A stretch of 63,455 bases of DNA, counting the filler, from Octopus bimaculoides (Eukaryota), in the NCBI RefSeq assembly GCF_001194135.2. It is 4 parts of 4 records of this genome, joined end to end, with 100 filler letters (N's around TTAATTAATTAA, not from the genome) between each part and the next. Parts side by side here need not be neighbours in the genome. Positions count along the whole stretch, not along the records: positions 30,621 to 49,823 come from NC_068990.1; 3 more parts are not named here. One strand, 5' to 3'. The notes below the pieces were generated by a model. That model did not search any database and was not told the DNA's origin. It worked only from the letters and a program-made list of their open reading frames with translations. Of the stretch, positions 34,963 through 47,069 are shown piece after piece; the first letter of the stretch is position 1, and the number at the start of each line of letters is the position of its first letter. The translations under genes and the position numbers were made by a program.

Positions 34963-35199
34963 CAGGGTTGTCAAAAAGTCACCAGACAGTAAATCAAAAC
35001 CATTTAATTCCAAGATTAAAACAAAAACTTGTTTCATATGAGACTTCGCTAATAAATAGACAAATGGTGAAAAGAAAATGGGGATTTAACTCACAGCATT
35101 CAATTATTAAACATTCATAATTGGAATGAATAAATAAAATTGAATATTAAGTATTTATGGAATTTTGATTTACTGTCAGGTGACTTTTGGCCAGCCCTG
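34963..35199. mobile_element. Tc1/mariner-type MITE (237 bp)
   Basis: TA|CAGGGTTGTCAAAAAGTCACCAGACAGTAAATCAAAA ... TTTTGATTTACTGTCAGGTGACTTTTGGCCAGCCCTG|TA. Confidence 0.9.
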
Positions 35200-35269
35200 T
35201 ATTATTATTAACCGGTTAACTGAGCCCGTCCAGCTAGATTTCTGTTAACTGAATCGGTTAACTGCACGG

Positions 35270-35342
<73 letters not shown>

Positions 35343-35388
35343 CACACGCACACACACATACATTTATATATACATACATACATACATA

Positions 35389-35771
35389 TAAACAATAAAC
35401 TAAATAGAGAGATACAATTGACAATCCAATAATTTATTTATATTACAATATAACATAATATACTATGAATATAATATAATTATAATATAAGACAACATAA
35501 ACAATTATTAAAAAACGAAAGAAGCCAACAATTGAATTTTTTATAAATTTTCTTTTACAATCCAGTCGTCCTTTCACAGGGAATCTCGTCTGGCTTTGAT
35601 GAGGCTTATATAACGGAATTGAATGTATATAAGTCGAAACAGTTTTTTTTTGTTTTTTTTTTTAATAAATGTTTATTTTATATTATGTCCTATTATATTC
35701 ATAGTATATTATGTTATAATATAAATAAATTATTGGATTGTCAATTGTGTCTCTATTTAATTTATTGTTTG
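35389..35771. mobile_element. AT-rich fold-back (about 120-bp arms) enclosing a decayed hammerhead core
   Basis: Arms at about 35389-35516 and 35655-35771. The spacer holds TTGATGA-GGCTTATATA-loop-TATATAAGTC-GAAACAG at 35596-35642. Confidence 0.75.
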
Positions 35772-36111
35772 TAATTTGAATTATACCAATATTTATATGG
35801 TATTCAACTGACGTACCAGTGAACTGGATGTTTTACACACCCCTTTGAAGGAATTTGTTTTAGTTTGTTGCATATACATAACGCCTCGACGCATCCATTT
35901 CCAAGTAAGTTTATCTTTACATGCATATATATATATATATTTATATACATAAATACATATATACATACATATAAATGCAGGATGTATTTTATATCGTTTG
36001 TTTCCTGTGTACGCTTCAACATCACAGTCATTTGTATCCTCTGCAGTGGGTGTTCCAGAACAGTTTAGCAAGGGAACATTGCTAAACTTGCCTGAAAAAC
36101 AAAAGAAATAT

Positions 36112-36325
36112 ATTCTTTTCTACTCTAGGCACAGGGCCCGAAATTTTGGGGGAGAGGGCCAGTCGATTAGATCGACTCCAGTACGCAATTGGTACTTAAT
36201 TTATCGACCCGAAGGGATAAAAGGCAAAGTCGACCTCGGCGGAATTTGAACTCAGAACGTAGAGACACGAAATACCTGTAAGCATTTCACCCGGCACGCT
36301 AACGTTTCTGCCTGTTCGCCACCTT
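36112..36325 (-). mobile_element. SINE family B, full length
   Basis: ggtacttaatttatcgacccgaagggataaaaggcaaagtcgacctcggcggaatttgaactcagaacg...gctaacgtttctgcc.gttcgccacc. Confidence 0.9.
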
Positions 36326-36369
36326 ACAAAAGAAATATTTTACAAAAGAAATTAATTTGCTCCTGAGTG

Positions 36370-36573
36370 TTTCCTTCAAATTTGTTGTCTTTATAGAGTA
36401 GAACCGTCGCTGCCAAGGTTTCCCTCCAATTCTGGAACATGTTTTGAGAATGGTGCACGTTTCTCTTAGGGAATTTTCTTCGACTTGTTCTATCATCTGA
36501 AATCAGTGATTTTTCGGTGTGGATTTCTATTTAGGAAACCAAAATTATGCGCAAGGGCTAGATCATGAGAGTA
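36370..36573 (-). mobile_element. Mariner transposase C-terminal remnant
   Basis: Minus strand begins YSHDLALAHNF (YSPDLAPCDF motif). The downstream frame has IEENSLRETCTILKTCSRIGGKPWQR, resembling the mariner C-terminus. Confidence 0.65.
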
Positions 36574-37830
36574 ATGTAATTGGGGGCTATAATTTGTCTT
36601 CTTCTTCCCCACCGAACAAAAAAATGGTTAAAAAGTAACACGTGTGTAGGCAAGATGTAGTGGTGAGCATTTGGTCAGCTCTGTCCATACGTCAAGCCCT
36701 TTTCCAGTACCGAATTAAGACATGGTTGCATTGAACAGCTGTCCGGGGGCCTCACGTGTCCACAAGCCCAATTCTGATCTACGTATGCTGTAGCTTGTTA
36801 TCAATAAATAAATACTCCGGGACCCAGTGGACTGATTTTGCCCGGAACGAAGGGGCTGAAGGCTATAATGCTGCTAAGACAATCATACCTCTTCCTTTGT
36901 GTTGCCTTCCCTAAAACCTTTTTAGCGATTATCTGCCCTCGCTAAACAAACTCATCATAAACGACGACTTTCCAATCAAAACAACATAATCAACATCGCC
37001 TTTATATTTCAGACTCTGTCGCCCATTTTCTTTGATCTCAGTGACGGCGACACAAACCTATTGCAACGGCAGTTGATTTCTTTAAAAGGATGGAGAACAA
37101 CATTATCACCTTACAATAATGTTTCGTCACTTTTTCTCTCACTTTTCACAACGCTTTACTTGTTTCAGTAAGTGTGTAGCGGCCATGCTGGGGGCACGAA
37201 TTCAAGTTTGATAGCCAAGTATATCAACAACAGTGATATACTGATCGTCATTTAACGTCCCCAGTTCGTCCCAACACGACGAGAGGGAAAACGTGAAAAC
37301 AGACAACGTTTATTCTTCTTCAAATGTTATTAGCACAACGGCAGGCAATGATACAATCACATAAAAAAGCACACAGCCATACATTATGTATGTATGTATG
37401 TATGTATGTATGTTTGTATGTATGTATGTATGTATCTATGTATATATATATATATATANNNNNNNNNNNNNNNNNNNNNNNNNNNNNNNNNNNNNNNNNN
37501 NNNNNNNNNNNNNNNNNNNNNNNNNNNNNNNNNNNNNNNNNNNNNNNNNNNNNNNNNNNNNNNNNNNNNNNNNNNNNNNNNNNNNNNNNNNNNNNNNNNN
37601 NNNNNNNNNNNNNNNNNNNNNNNNNNNNNNNNNNNNNNNNNNNNNNNNNNNNNNNNNNNNNNNNNNNNNNNNNNNNNNNNNNNNNNNNNNNNNNNNNNNN
37701 NNNNNNNNNNNNNNNNNNNNNNNNNNNNNNNNNNNNNNNNNNNNNNNNNNNNNNNNNNNNNNNNNNNNNNNNNNNNNNNNNNNNNNNNNNNNNNNNNNNN
37801 NNNNNNNNNNNNNNNNNNNNNNNNNNNNNN

Positions 37831-37913
<83 letters not shown>

Positions 37914-38171
37914 CATATATATATAGATATATGAATATATATAAATACATACCTGCCTATCTGTCTGTATGTATGTAATTGCGTGTGTGTGTTCCGTAAC
38001 ATAGCAGTTCGGCAGTTAGAGATCAATAAAATAATAGCAAGGAAGAAATAAGTACGATGAAAGCATTTAAATCCATAGCTTAAATACTGGACCAAATAGA
38101 AGAATTACAGAATGCTTTTCAGTCAAATATTGTGTGTGTGTGTGCATATATATTTACATACACAGACACAT

Positions 38172-38202
<31 letters not shown>

Positions 38203-38204
38203 CA

Positions 38205-38340
38205 GGACAGGCTTCTTTCCCGTCTACCAGATTCACTCACAAGGCTTTGGTCGGCCCGTAGCTGTAATAGAAGACACATACCCAAGGTGCTACGCAGAGC
38301 AATGTGGTTGGGAAGCAAACTTCGTACCACACAGCCACTC
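38205..38340 (-). mobile_element. SINE family A head
   Basis: ccgtctaccagattcactcacaaggctttggtcggccc...taccacacagccactc. Confidence 0.85.
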
Positions 38341-39157
38341 ATATATTAAATATATGTATGTTTCAGATATATATTATATACACGTATTTGTAGAGTTATA
38401 CATACACATATGTATGTATATGTATACACATGTGTATATATATATATATATATATATATNNNNNNNNNNNNNNNNNNNNNNNNNNNNNNNNNNNNNNNNN
38501 NNNNNNNNNNNNNNNNNNNNNNNNNNNNNNNNNNNNNNNNNNNNNNNNNNNNNNNNNNNNNNNNNNNNNNNNNNNNNNNNNNNNNNNNNNNNNNNNNNNN
38601 NNNNNNNNNNNNNNNNNNNNNNNNNNNNNNNNNNNNNNNNNNNNNNNNNNNNNNNNNNNNNNNNNNNNNNNNNNNNNNNNNNNNNNNNNNNNNNNNNNNN
38701 NNNNNNNNNNNNNNNNNNNNNNNNNNNNNNNNNNNNNNNNNNNNNNNNNNNNNNNNNNNNNNNNNNNNNNNNNNNNNNNNNNNNNNNNNNNNNNNNNNNN
38801 NNNNNNNNNNNNNNNNNNNNNNNNNNNNNNNNNNNNNNNNNNNNNNNNNNNNNNNNNNNNNNNNNNNNNNNNNNNNNNNNNNNNNNNNNNNNNNNNNNNN
38901 NNNNNNNNNNNNNNNNNNNNNNNNNNNNNNNNNNNNNNNNNNNNNNNNNNNNNNNNNNNNNNNNNNNNNNNNNNNNNNNNNNNNNNNNNNNNNNNNNNNN
39001 NNNNNNNNNNNNNNNNNNNNNNNNNNNNNNNNNNNNNNNNNNNNNNNNNNNNNNNNNNNNNNNNNNNNNNNNNNNNNNNNNNNNNNNNNNNNNNNNNNNN
39101 NNNNNNNNNNNNNNNNNNNNNNNNNNNNNNNNNNNNNNNNNNNNNNNNNNNNNNNNN

Positions 39158-40374
39158 CCCAAGTACTTATAGCCTGTCTCCTTTATCTGTTTCATAACCT
39201 CCCCGGACGGTATCGCTAGCTCGTCCATATATTTGATTTTGCCTCTCTTCAAGACTAACACACCATACTTTTTCAATCCGAACTCCATTCTGATATCAGC
39301 ACTGAAGGTGTACACCGTATCAACGAGGGAACTGACTTGGGATTCATCTTTACCATAAAGTTTGGGGTCATCCATGAAAAACAAGGGGTTTACTTTTTGT
39401 TGGCGGCTTTTGAATACAAACTCAGCCTTTGCTTTCCTCAGTGTTAGTAATATCATGCACAGTACAAAGATCAGTCGGGACCAGGCAGTCCCCTTGGAAG
39501 ATGCCTCTCCTAATTTCTATTGTCCCTAAACGTCTTCCATATGCTGTCAGTTCCCTCTTCCATTTTGCCATACCTACTTTTTCCAAGCAACCGCTCCACA
39601 TTCGATGCAATACTAAATATGTTCATACATTCCATAATCCAAGAATGCTGGATCATGTCGTACGCCTTACGATAGTCGATCCATAACATGGCTAAGTTAC
39701 TTTTCCTCCTCTTGCAGCGTCTGAGTACAGTTTTGTCTACCAGGAGTTGATCGTTGGTACCTCTGTACTTACGTTTGCAACCCTTCTACTCATGTGGCAT
39801 GACTCCATTCTTTTCTAGATGCTCGTACATTGACTCTGCGATTATTCCAGTCAATAATTTCCACATAAGTGTCGAGCAGGATATCGGCCTGTAATTGTCT
39901 ACCGTATTGCCTTTTCCGATGTTTTTCAAGTACGGCACTGTCCTACCCATTGTCTAGTGTTACTTGGTCGGCATTTAACAAAGTGTTGAGTTGCGCAGCT
40001 ATTCGTGCATAACATTCACCAAATCTTTTGATCAAGTAGCCTTGAACTCCATCTGGTCCCGGGGCCTTCTAGTTGGCCATTTTTTTTTTTTTTTTTTTTT
40101 GTTGCTGATTTCCTTCAATTCCCTAAATGAAATGACTAGTTCTGCCTGTTTTGGACAAACTACTGTTTGTTTCAATTCTTGCAACCATTCAGCATCCTTC
40201 TTGTGCTCCTTGTCTTTGCTCCAGATGTCACTCCAAAACCTTTGACTTTCAATGTTATCTGGTATCAACTTTTCATCTGTACACTCTTCATTTATTTCTT
40301 TGTAGAATCTCTTCTGATCTACTCTGTATAACCTATTCTGGTGGTAACCCTTCATTCTTTGGTCGTATCTTACC
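39158..40374 (-). mobile_element. R4/Dong-clade LINE RT fragment, both ends in gaps
   Basis: QNRLYRVDQKRFYKEINEEC...RFWSDIWSK; [11 protein letters not shown]; LFFMDDPKLYGKDESQVSSLVDTVYTFSADIRMEFGLKKYGVLVLKRGK...YKYL. Confidence 0.92.
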
Positions 40375-41777
40375 NNNNNNNNNNNNNNNNNNNNNNNNNN
40401 NNNNNNNNNNNNNNNNNNNNNNNNNNNNNNNNNNNNNNNNNNNNNNNNNNNNNNNNNNNNNNNNNNNNNNNNNNNNNNNNNNNNNNNNNNNNNNNNNNNN
40501 NNNNNNNNNNNNNNNNNNNNNNNNNNNNNNNNNNNNNNNNNNNNNNNNNNNNNNNNNNNNNNNNNNNNNNNNNNNNNNNNNNNNNNNNNNNNNNNNNNNN
40601 NNNNNNNNNNNNNNNNNNNNNNNNNNNNNNNNNNNNNNNNNNNNNNNNNNNNNNNNNNNNNNNNNNNNNNNNNNNNNNNNNNNNNNNNNNNNNNNNNNNN
40701 NNNNNNNNNNNNNNNNNNNNNNNNNNNNNNNNNNNNNNNNNNNNNNNNNNNNNNNNNNNNNNNNNNNNNNNNNNNNNNNNNNNNNNNNNNNNNNNNNNNN
40801 NNNNNNNNNNNNNNNNNNNNNNNNNNNNNNNNNNNNNNNNNNNNNNNNNNNNNNNNNNNNNNNNNNNNNNNNNNNNNNNNNNNNNNNNNNNNNNNNNNNN
40901 NNNNNNNNNNNNNNNNNNNNNNNNNNNNNNNNNNNNNNNNNNNNNNNNNNNNNNNNNNNNNNNNNNNNNNNNNNNNNNNNNNNNNNNNNNNNNNNNNNNN
41001 NNNNNNNNNNNNNNNNNNNNNNNNNNNNNNNNNNNNNNNNNGTTATTCTTCACGTTATTATTCGTGTCTTGTTATTCCTGTGTTACAAAGAACGTTTACA
41101 TATTTATAACCCTATAAACACAGGAAGCAGCATAAAAAATTCTTGTTAAAAAAATGCTATGATTCGTGAAAACTGATTTTAATAAAATAATTAGACATCG
41201 TGTGTGTATACTGGAGAATAAGTAAACATATCTATGTTTAATAAATATACATTCAGCCTTGCTGCATGTGATTTAACCACCTGATTAAATCTCATTGCTC
41301 TCTGTAAGGAACGAACCCTAGATCAAGAAATATATAGATATTCACAGCAAGGTTTGAAACTACGTACAAAGAAGGAAAGGGAAATATCTCCTATTTTATC
41401 CACGGATGCTCTTAGCGTCGGGCATTGGCTGGAATGAAACCCTGCGACTGGGCAAAAACAGGGATATTCCGATACGGCTTCCAATACAGTTTGGTGCGGC
41501 GATCAATCTCAGGGGCTCGACATTGACAGGTACATGCTCCTCGTACACATGTATGTACAAGTTTATTTACTCATATTTATATGTGTATGTGTGCGCGCAT
41601 GCACACACACACACACACACACACACACGTGTAATATCACGGTATCGACCAGACTATGAGATGGTGTTATACATCGCTGATCACAATGCGCTTCACATTG
41701 TTTAAGCTTTCGAATGATAAGGCCAACTCTGCTGATAAGGCCAACATTGCCCCTGATCAGAACACGGTTCAATCCAC

Positions 41778-41908
41778 TTACAGCTGAATGGACTGCAACA
41801 ACGTGAAATGAAGTGTTTTGCTCAAGAACACCAGAAGCCGCCTAGTCCAGGAATCGAAACCTCGATCTAGCGTTCGTGTATTGACACCTTAACCACTAGA
41901 CCATGTGC
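41778..41908 (-). mobile_element. SINE family C head
   Basis: acgtgaaatgaagtgttttgctcaagaacac...ggaatcgaaacc...ttaaccactagaccatgtgcc. Confidence 0.75.
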
Positions 41909-42392
41909 CTACACACACGCACACGCACACACTCACACCCAGGCACGCATGCACACACACTCTGGCCATTTTCGCACTCTCCTGCCTTCAGAAACCACCT
42001 TTTCTACCTCTCTCCACATCCGGTCATCCCAGCCACGTAACGACACACGTGCTTTTCTCAAACTATTCTTTTCCTTCTTTCCGGGTCTTCCGTCTTTCCT
42101 TTTCCTGACGAAGTGCCATGCTATGTTTTTGCTTGAAGTGGTCAAGCTTTCTTTCAGAGCAGTCTGCCGCCTTCACGTGTGTGTGCACGTGTGTGTGTGT
42201 GTGTGTGTGTGTATAGTCATATACTTATTTACACATACACATATGTATATACACACGTATGTATATACGTATATGTATGTACACTGTAAATACAATAAAC
42301 AATTATAATGACAAAACACAAGAAACACAAGTCACTACATACAAGGTGTAGCTCGTATATAAGTGTGCATTTATACATGAGTGTCTATATAT

Positions 42393-42450
<58 letters not shown>

Positions 42451-42856
42451 TTGTATATGTATATATATATGTATATATTCTATGATGTATTTGTGCGCGC
42501 TTATGTGTGTATATGTGTAGGTATGATTTTATAAATTGAAAATCGAAATGTGCTGTTTGTAAGATAAATAAATTTAGCTGGCGTGAGGAGTGACACAGTC
42601 TGATGTGTGAGACAGATATACGAGCATCTATATCTTCTGTGTTTGCTTAAATCTTTATTCAATCACTAAATTTTAGTTATGCAACCAAATCCAGATTATA
42701 AGACAACCAGACAAACATGAAGATGTAAGAAACTAAATTTCTCATTGCTTATTTCAATATATCGTGGGACGTCAAGAAGATATCAAAACCTGATGTGGAT
42801 TTCGTAACTAGATAGAAAGGGTAGTAGCTGGAGGAAAGTACAATGCCCGTTCATAT

Positions 42857-42892
42857 ACATTGCACTAAATGTCCGAACATTTAGTGCAATGT
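42857..42892. repeat. Perfect 16-bp hairpin with 4-nt loop
   Basis: ACATTGCACTAAATGT-CCGA-ACATTTAGTGCAATGT. Confidence 0.9.
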
Positions 42893-43009
42893 CCACATAC
42901 ACAGTGAGCATTTAGTGGAGTGGACAGCCATGTCTGACCCTTAACTAATGTACCACAGAACCAATCACGTATAGCGAAATTCACAGTAAGTTTAAGGTTT
43001 TATTTATCA

Positions 43010-43215
43010 TCTTTTAGCTTTTAATTGTTTCAGGCATTAGACTGCGGCCATGCTGGGGCACCGTCTAGAAGAATTTTAGTCGAATTTATTATTATTTTTT
43101 TTTTTTTTGTGAGTCCTAGTACTTATTCTATCGGACTCTTGCCGAACCGCTATGTTACGAAGACGTAAGCACACCAAAACCGGTTGTCAAGCAGCGGCGG
43201 AGAACAAACACGCGC
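43010..43215 (-). mobile_element. SINE family A 3' half
   Basis: gactgcggccatgctggggcacc...ctatcggactcttgccgaaccgc...ccggttgtcaagc. Confidence 0.85.
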
Positions 43216-43980
43216 ACACACAGACGTGCACGCGCATATGATAGATAGATAGAAAAATAGATAGATAGAGAGAGAGAGAGANNNNNNNNNNNNNNNNNNN
43301 NNNNNNNNNNNNNNNNNNNNNNNNNNNNNNNNNNNNNNNNNNNNNNNNNNNNNNNNNNNNNNNNNNNNNNNNNNNNNNNNNNNNNNNNNNNNNNNNNNNN
43401 NNNNNNNNNNNNNNNNNNNNNNNNNNNNNNNNNNNNNNNNNNNNNNNNNNNNNNNNNNNNNNNNNNNNNNNNNNNNNNNNNNNNNNNNNNNNNNNNNNNN
43501 NNNNNNNNNNNNNNNNNNNNNNNNNNNNNNNNNNNNNNNNNNNNNNNNNNNNNNNNNNNNNNNNNNNNNNNNNNNNNNNNNNNNNNNNNNNNNNNNNNNN
43601 NNNNNNNNNNNNNNNNNNNNNNNNNNNNNNNNNNNNNNNNNNNNNNNNNNNNNNNNNNNNNNNNNNNNNNNNNNNNNNNNNNNNNNNNNNNNNNNNNNNN
43701 NNNNNNNNNNNNNNNNNNNNNNNNNNNNNNNNNNNNNNNNNNNNNNNNNNNNNNNNNNNNNNNNNNNNNNNNNNNNNNNNNNNNNNNNNNNNNNNNNNNN
43801 NNNNNNNNTAGGGTTCAGTGGTTCCCTCGAGACCAGAGGTCAATAGTCACTCTAGGCCAGGGGCCAGCTGTCCTCGGCCAATAGTCCCGAACTTAAACAG
43901 TTAAAGACCGCCTTCCCCTACCCACCACTCTAATTTTGATAAAAATATTAAATAAAACAAAAATAAATATATCTCATTAA

Positions 43981-44215
43981 CTCTTTAATATCAACCCATT
44001 TGGGACCGTCCCTTTCTGATTCTATGATATGAACTTCTGGTTTTAAATCGATTTAGATTCAAACCTTCCATCAAAATTCCATGCTAATTAATTTCCCAAA
44101 CACCAAATGATTAATGACAAAGTTTTTTTTTTTTTTAATATTAAATTCTTCATTATTTTCAAAATATATTGAGTGAAAGACACCGTCTCTCAACTGAAAT
44201 AAGGGAACAAAAGGG
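43981..44215. mobile_element. Degenerate TTAA-type (piggyBac-like) MITE
   Basis: Left TTAA|CTCTTT, right AAAGGG|TTTG. The internal sequence resembles an abundant octopus MITE from recall only. Confidence 0.4.
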
Positions 44216-44324
44216 TTTGAAAAAATGATGAGTTATTTTGGAAAACGGCGAATATAATTTTCTTTTATAAAAGCAAAATTTTGTTTAATTTATTGGTTTA
44301 AAATTTTGACAGAAGGACAGCGAT

Positions 44325-44460
44325 TTCGGAGTGCTCAACGGGTATGGTACTTATTTCATCGTCCCCGAAAGGCCAAGACGATCTCGAGGGAATTTGAACT
44401 CAGAACGTAAAGACGGATGAAATGTTGCCAAGCATTTTGCAGGGCGTGCTAACGACTCTA
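44325..44460 (-). mobile_element. SINE family B
   Basis: ggtacttatttcatcgtccccgaaagg...ggaatttgaactcagaacgtaaagacggatgaaat. Confidence 0.8.
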
Positions 44461-45554
44461 CCAGCATGCATTTTTTTTTGTTGTTAAATTTATTAAAAAG
44501 TATTTTATTTCGCAGAATTCTGACTTTTCATTTCTTTTAGTCGGATCTTCGGAGCTGACTCGAAGAAAACATTCCACAAGGCCACATTCGCGTATCTCTG
44601 TGTTGCACATGAAAATATTTTTAAAAGTTCTTCTCTGAAGATGAAATTCCATTACACATTGTGTTCTTATTTGTCACAACTAATCCCTTTAATATTGGCA
44701 CCTTTAGGTTGGATGCAACAGTCTCTAAGGGAGGCAAATTGGAATATTGTGATCCTCATGTGTTTCCATAGAATGGGATTAGTTCCCAGTTTGGGAGAAA
44801 AGAAGGAGACGGGTGCGGCTCACTTTGTACTTTCCTCTGCTTTTCGCCATATTTTACTATCCAAACTATTTCCGACTTTTTCACTAAATATTCTGTATTC
44901 TAAGAGACAGAACAGATGTGATGCTGTGACTGTTATTCCATTCTCAAGGACATTGATGTTGTAAAAGAAATAAAATAATTTCAAACATGGATTGAAGCTG
45001 CTTCGCATTCTCGACTTGCCGGAAGCATTCACTCCTTAAATATCGAGATGTTAATAATAATAGAATTGTTAATTACATTAGTGGGTATTGTATTTCACTT
45101 TTATACAACTTTGCGATCGATTTGGTCTCCGAACGCCATCAGGTGTCTTATTTTGGGAAATGTAGTTGCGGACTAGATTCGAACCAGGACCACCGGTTTC
45201 TAAACTATGAATTATAACATCTCTGTTGCTGTGCACTTTGTAAATATTTAGGAAGCACCTAATAACAGAGATCAAACAGATCGAATTGTATTGTTAGATA
45301 ATTTTTTTTTCTTTTACTGGTGGTCATGCTGGAGCACCGCCTTTAACGGTGATTTTTAGTTGAATACATGTACTCTGGTATTTTGGTTCTTATTCTGTCT
45401 CATCAGATACAAAAATGCAAAGTAAACCCTGGCGTAGAGGAAAACTACCCAGTCAAACCGTAATTTCTATTCGAATGTACCGATTCTCAACCACACATCC
45501 ACACACACCCATACACACTCATACACACATACGCACCTCCCATACACACACGCA

Positions 45555-45780
<226 letters not shown>

Positions 45781-46295
45781 GTAAATTGGGAAGCAGAAAG
45801 TCCCTGGTACAGTATTATATATTTCAGGAAATGAATAGAAATGGTTTTTCTGATAATTTTTCCACTTTAATAATTTGATGTTTATAAGATATTAGGTGTT
45901 TACAATAAACATCGAATTATTAAAGTGGAAAAGTTCTCAGAAAATATGTGTGTGTGTGTATTCTCAATCTTCTCCCCGAAATAGATGGCAGGCAAAGTCG
46001 TCCCCAGCTGAATTCGAACTTAGAGCCACGAAACGTCACTAAACGCCAAAAAGTATTTTGACATTTCTGTTAGCTACTGCCCGCCTTGAGTCAAAAGTAT
46101 TGCTTTGAGGAGGAAAAGGATGATGTGGTTTTCATGCTTGTGTCTCCTAAAAGCTTTAATGACGAATGAGAAGTGAAGTAACTTCTGAAGGGAATCGAAA
46201 CCGTGTCGCAGGCTCGCAATGTTTGTAGCTCGACGTCTCTTCTCTTCGATATGGCAGTCGTCAGACAAACCAAAATACTGCGTTTCACGCACGTG

Positions 46296-46327
<32 letters not shown>

Positions 46328-46365
46328 ACTTTCACTTTAATATTTTAGTTAATAATTTAGTATCG

Positions 46366-46652
46366 TGAGGCGGCGAGCTGGCAGAAACGTTAGCACGCCG
46401 GGCGAAATGTGTAGCGGTATTTCGTCTGCCGCTACGTTCTGAGTTCAAATTCCGCCGAGGTTGACTTTGCCGTTTATCCTTTCGGGGTCGATTAAATAAA
46501 TACCAGTTACGCACTGGGGGTCGATATAATCGACTTAATCCCTTTGCCTGTCCTTGTTTGTCCCCTCTATGTTTAGCCCCTTGTGGACAGTAAAGAAATA
46601 AGTATTTCGCCTGCCTTTACGTTCCGAGTTCAAATTCCGCCGAGGTCGAATA
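46366..46652 (+). mobile_element. SINE family B, full length plus head-to-tail partial second unit
   Basis: gaggcggcgagctggcagaaacgttagcacgccgggcgaaatg...aaagaaataag, then tatttcgcctgcctttacgttccgagttcaaattccgccgaggtcga restarts the internal segment. Confidence 0.92.
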
Positions 46653-47069
46653 TTTCTCCTTTTCGCGCTGTATTCTTGGCATCATTCTTTCTCCCTTACT
46701 CTCTCTCTATCTCTCGTTTTCTCTCTTTCTTTCTTCACTCTCTCTTCCCTCCTTTTCCATTTTCTTTCTTTTATCTTTCATTTCCTTCGTTCTCTCTACC
46801 ATTTGTCTTTCTTTCACATATCCCTCATTTCATTTGTTCTCTTTTCTTTCCTTCCATTACTCTTTCATTCCTTCATTTCTTTCCAATCCTTTTTCATTCT
46901 TATATCTCTCTTTGTATATTCCATGATTTCTTTTCATCTCCTTCACTTCCTTCCGTCCTCTCTCCTTTTCCTTTTTTTTCTTTGTATATTCTTTCATTCT
47001 ATTTTATTCCTTCCTTCTTCAACTCAATGATTCATTCTTTTCATTCCTAAAGTTTTACAAGTGTGTTTT

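Noticed and set aside
8435-36573. The two mariner fragments as halves of one split element
   Set aside because: They are on opposite strands, 27 kb apart, with no matching right TIR found; independent insertions are simpler.
44641-45030. Possible decayed coding sequence (PFNIGTFRLDATVSKGGKLEYCDPHVFP)
   Set aside because: Multiple stops and no family could be assigned; left unannotated.
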